Shown piece by piece: positions 30,810-32,000 of a stretch of 32,000 nucleotides of DNA. The translations under genes were made by a program, and so were the position numbers. This DNA is from Aeropyrum pernix K1 (GTDB taxonomy: Archaea > Thermoproteota > Thermoprotei_A > Sulfolobales > Acidilobaceae). The stretch spans positions 1,110,001 through 1,142,000 of the forward strand of contig NC_000854.2 in NCBI RefSeq assembly GCF_000011125.1, in the 5' to 3' direction. Under the pieces are notes generated by a model, which had not been told where the DNA came from, searched no databases, and worked only from the letters and a program-made list of their open reading frames with translations. Each line of letters starts with the position of its first letter. Position 1 is the stretch's first letter.

Positions 30810-32000
30810 GTGGCAAGGCGGATATCAATAGAGAGTGTGCTCCGCAGGATAGACGGTAGGGGGTATAAGGCGTATAAGGATTTAACCGGCGCCTCCGAGG
30901 ACCTCGGCAGGCTGGAGATCAGGGTTACCAGGGTTCAGGGCGATCCCTTCGCGCCCCCCAGCGTGGTCGAGGTTTATGTAAGGGGTGTCAGCCCCCCGGC
31001 TGGAGCCCATCCCGTGCCCTACGCGGACTATGTTCACAGGCTCCTGAGCAGAGTCCTGCCACGTTACTCGATGAGGGGCGTGGGAGAGGGGGGTAGCGGC
31101 AAGCTCTCAGTACCAACACCCTCCCCCATAATCATACCCAGGAGTGCTGTGGAGGCCCAGCCCCGGGGAGACGGTGTGTGGAGCCTCCTCTTAAGGGTGT
31201 GGGTTGGCCTACCTTCTAGGGGTAGAAGGGTTCTTGGGAGGGCTGCGAGGGAGCTCCTGCTTGAGAGGCTGCCCAAGGCTGTGCTAACAGTTCTCGAGGG
31301 GCTCAAGGGCGGTGGAGTGGAGCAACATATCACGGTGTGGAAAGACCAGGAGCACATTAGGTCTAGGCTGGAGGATATGGGTCTCTACGCGTTCGTGGGC
31401 GACGGCTCTATACTTCCTAGGAAGTGCGGTGGCTGTTGGGAGCCGCTGGAGGATGCTGTTCCCTTCGAGAGCCCGCCTAGCATGAGGGTCGAGATAGAGC
31501 TGCCGAGCGGGAAGGTCGTCAGCGGCATGGGGCTGCCGAGGGGCGTCACAACGATAACAGGCCCCGCGTTCCACGGTAAGACGACGCTGGCGGAGGCTAT
31601 AGCCCAGGGTGTTTGGAACCACATACCCGGCGACGGCAGGGAGCTTGTTGTGAGCGACCACATGCTAGCGTATGTGGAGAGCGAGAACGGGAGGTGGGTT
31701 TCCTGCGTCGACGCATCACCCTTCATAGAGGCCCTGCCGGGGGGAGCTGACACCCGGTGCTTCACAACTCCAGACGCCAGCGGTGCAACGAGTATAGCGG
31801 CTTCTATCCAGGAGTACGTGGAGGCCGGCGCCTCGGGGGTGCTGTTCGACGAGGACCAGACTGCGACAAACATAATACACAGGGACGTGTGGGCCGAGGA
31901 GATCACAGGAAAGAGGACTGTAAACCCTCTCAGCGACATGGCCCCCAGCATGAAGAAGGCAGGCTTGTCTATGATAGCGGTGGCGAGCGGCGCCATGCCC
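30810..32000 (+). CDS. ABC_ATPase-family protein (COG3044-type predicted ATPase), 3'-truncated by window end
   Basis: Absent from the ORF track because no stop is reached. The frame is open from TAA 30804-30806 to base 32000. GTG 30810 gives MARRISIESVLRRIDGRGYKAYKDL. Other matches are VQGDPFAPPS, FVGDGSILPRK, a Walker A motif ITGPAFHGKTTL, IPGDGRE, SPFIEALPGGADT and LFDEDQTATN. The long minus-strand ORFs here are shadows. Confidence 0.75.
   Translation, partial: MARRISIESVLRRIDGRGYKAYKDLTGASEDLGRLEIRVTRVQGDPFAPPSVVEVYVRGVSPPAGAHPVPYADYVHRLLSRVLPRYSMRGVGEGGSGKLSVPTPSPIIIPRSAVEAQPRGDGVWSLLLRVWVGLPSRGRRVLGRAARELLLERLPKAVLTVLEGLKGGGVEQHITVWKDQEHIRSRLEDMGLYAFVGDGSILPRKCGGCWEPLEDAVPFESPPSMRVEIELPSGKVVSGMGLPRGVTTITGPAFHGKTTLAEAIAQGVWNHIPGDGRELVVSDHMLAYVESENGRWVSCVDASPFIEALPGGADTRCFTTPDASGATSIAASIQEYVEAGASGVLFDEDQTATNIIHRDVWAEEITGKRTVNPLSDMAPSMKKAGLSMIAVASGAMP

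Noticed and set aside
31064-31996. Three minus-strand ORFs (31064-31357, 31284-31661, 31385-31996)
   Set aside because: They are antisense shadows of the plus-strand ABC_ATPase-family gene, which has a Walker A motif and family-typical motifs. The shadow ORFs have no recognisable motifs.
1-32000. CRISPR arrays, rRNA genes, inteins, additional tRNAs
   Set aside because: I saw no regularly spaced direct repeats of 24-40 nt and no rRNA-like conserved stretches. No large in-frame insertions occur in the conserved enzymes. No other cloverleaf-capable GTTCAAATC-type T-arm was found by eye in the intergenic regions.

Overview
High-GC archaeal chromosomal segment. Hand counts of 60-nt samples give about 58-67% G+C in core genes. 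Gene content and protein style fit a hyperthermophilic crenarchaeon, possibly Aeropyrum-like, but that is inference only because no database search was possible. I support about 34 protein genes, packed tightly with many 1-17 nt overlaps, plus one tRNA-Glu(CUC). Two genes run off the window ends: rtcB at the 5' end, and an ABC_ATPase-family gene at the 3' end that the ORF track misses. The core content has four parts. (1) A long minus-strand array runs MATE, Memo-family, degenerate GHMP-like ORF, isopentenyl phosphate kinase, type-2 IPP isomerase, GGPP-type prenyl synthase, then a 178-aa partner. (2) RNA-end and tRNA genes: rtcB, thpR-cca-kinase-like operon, pelota, valS, and a B3/4-domain operon. 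(3) Housekeeping enzymes: M32 carboxypeptidase, GAPN-type aldehyde dehydrogenase, type IA topoisomerase, signal peptidase, Sir2. (4) Several low-GC patches that look foreign: about 9190-10440, 13181-13990, 25541-26740, and more weakly 30164-30655. The strongest candidate for something new is a TnpA-less, zinc-finger-less TnpB/OrfB-type RuvC nuclease element. It has structured ends and is inserted flush against the pelota start codon. Other leads are a GHMP-kinase-like protein with a wrecked P-loop inside the isoprenoid operon, and a PP-loop-less TtuA/NcsA-like protein in an operon with a B3/4 domain protein and an IMPase-family phosphatase. There is also a compositionally chimeric Lrp-like ORF, and a kinase-like ORF translationally coupled to the CCA-adding enzyme. 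No CRISPR array and no rRNA were seen. Start codons are often non-ATG and uncertain. All family assignments rest on motifs I recognise by eye.
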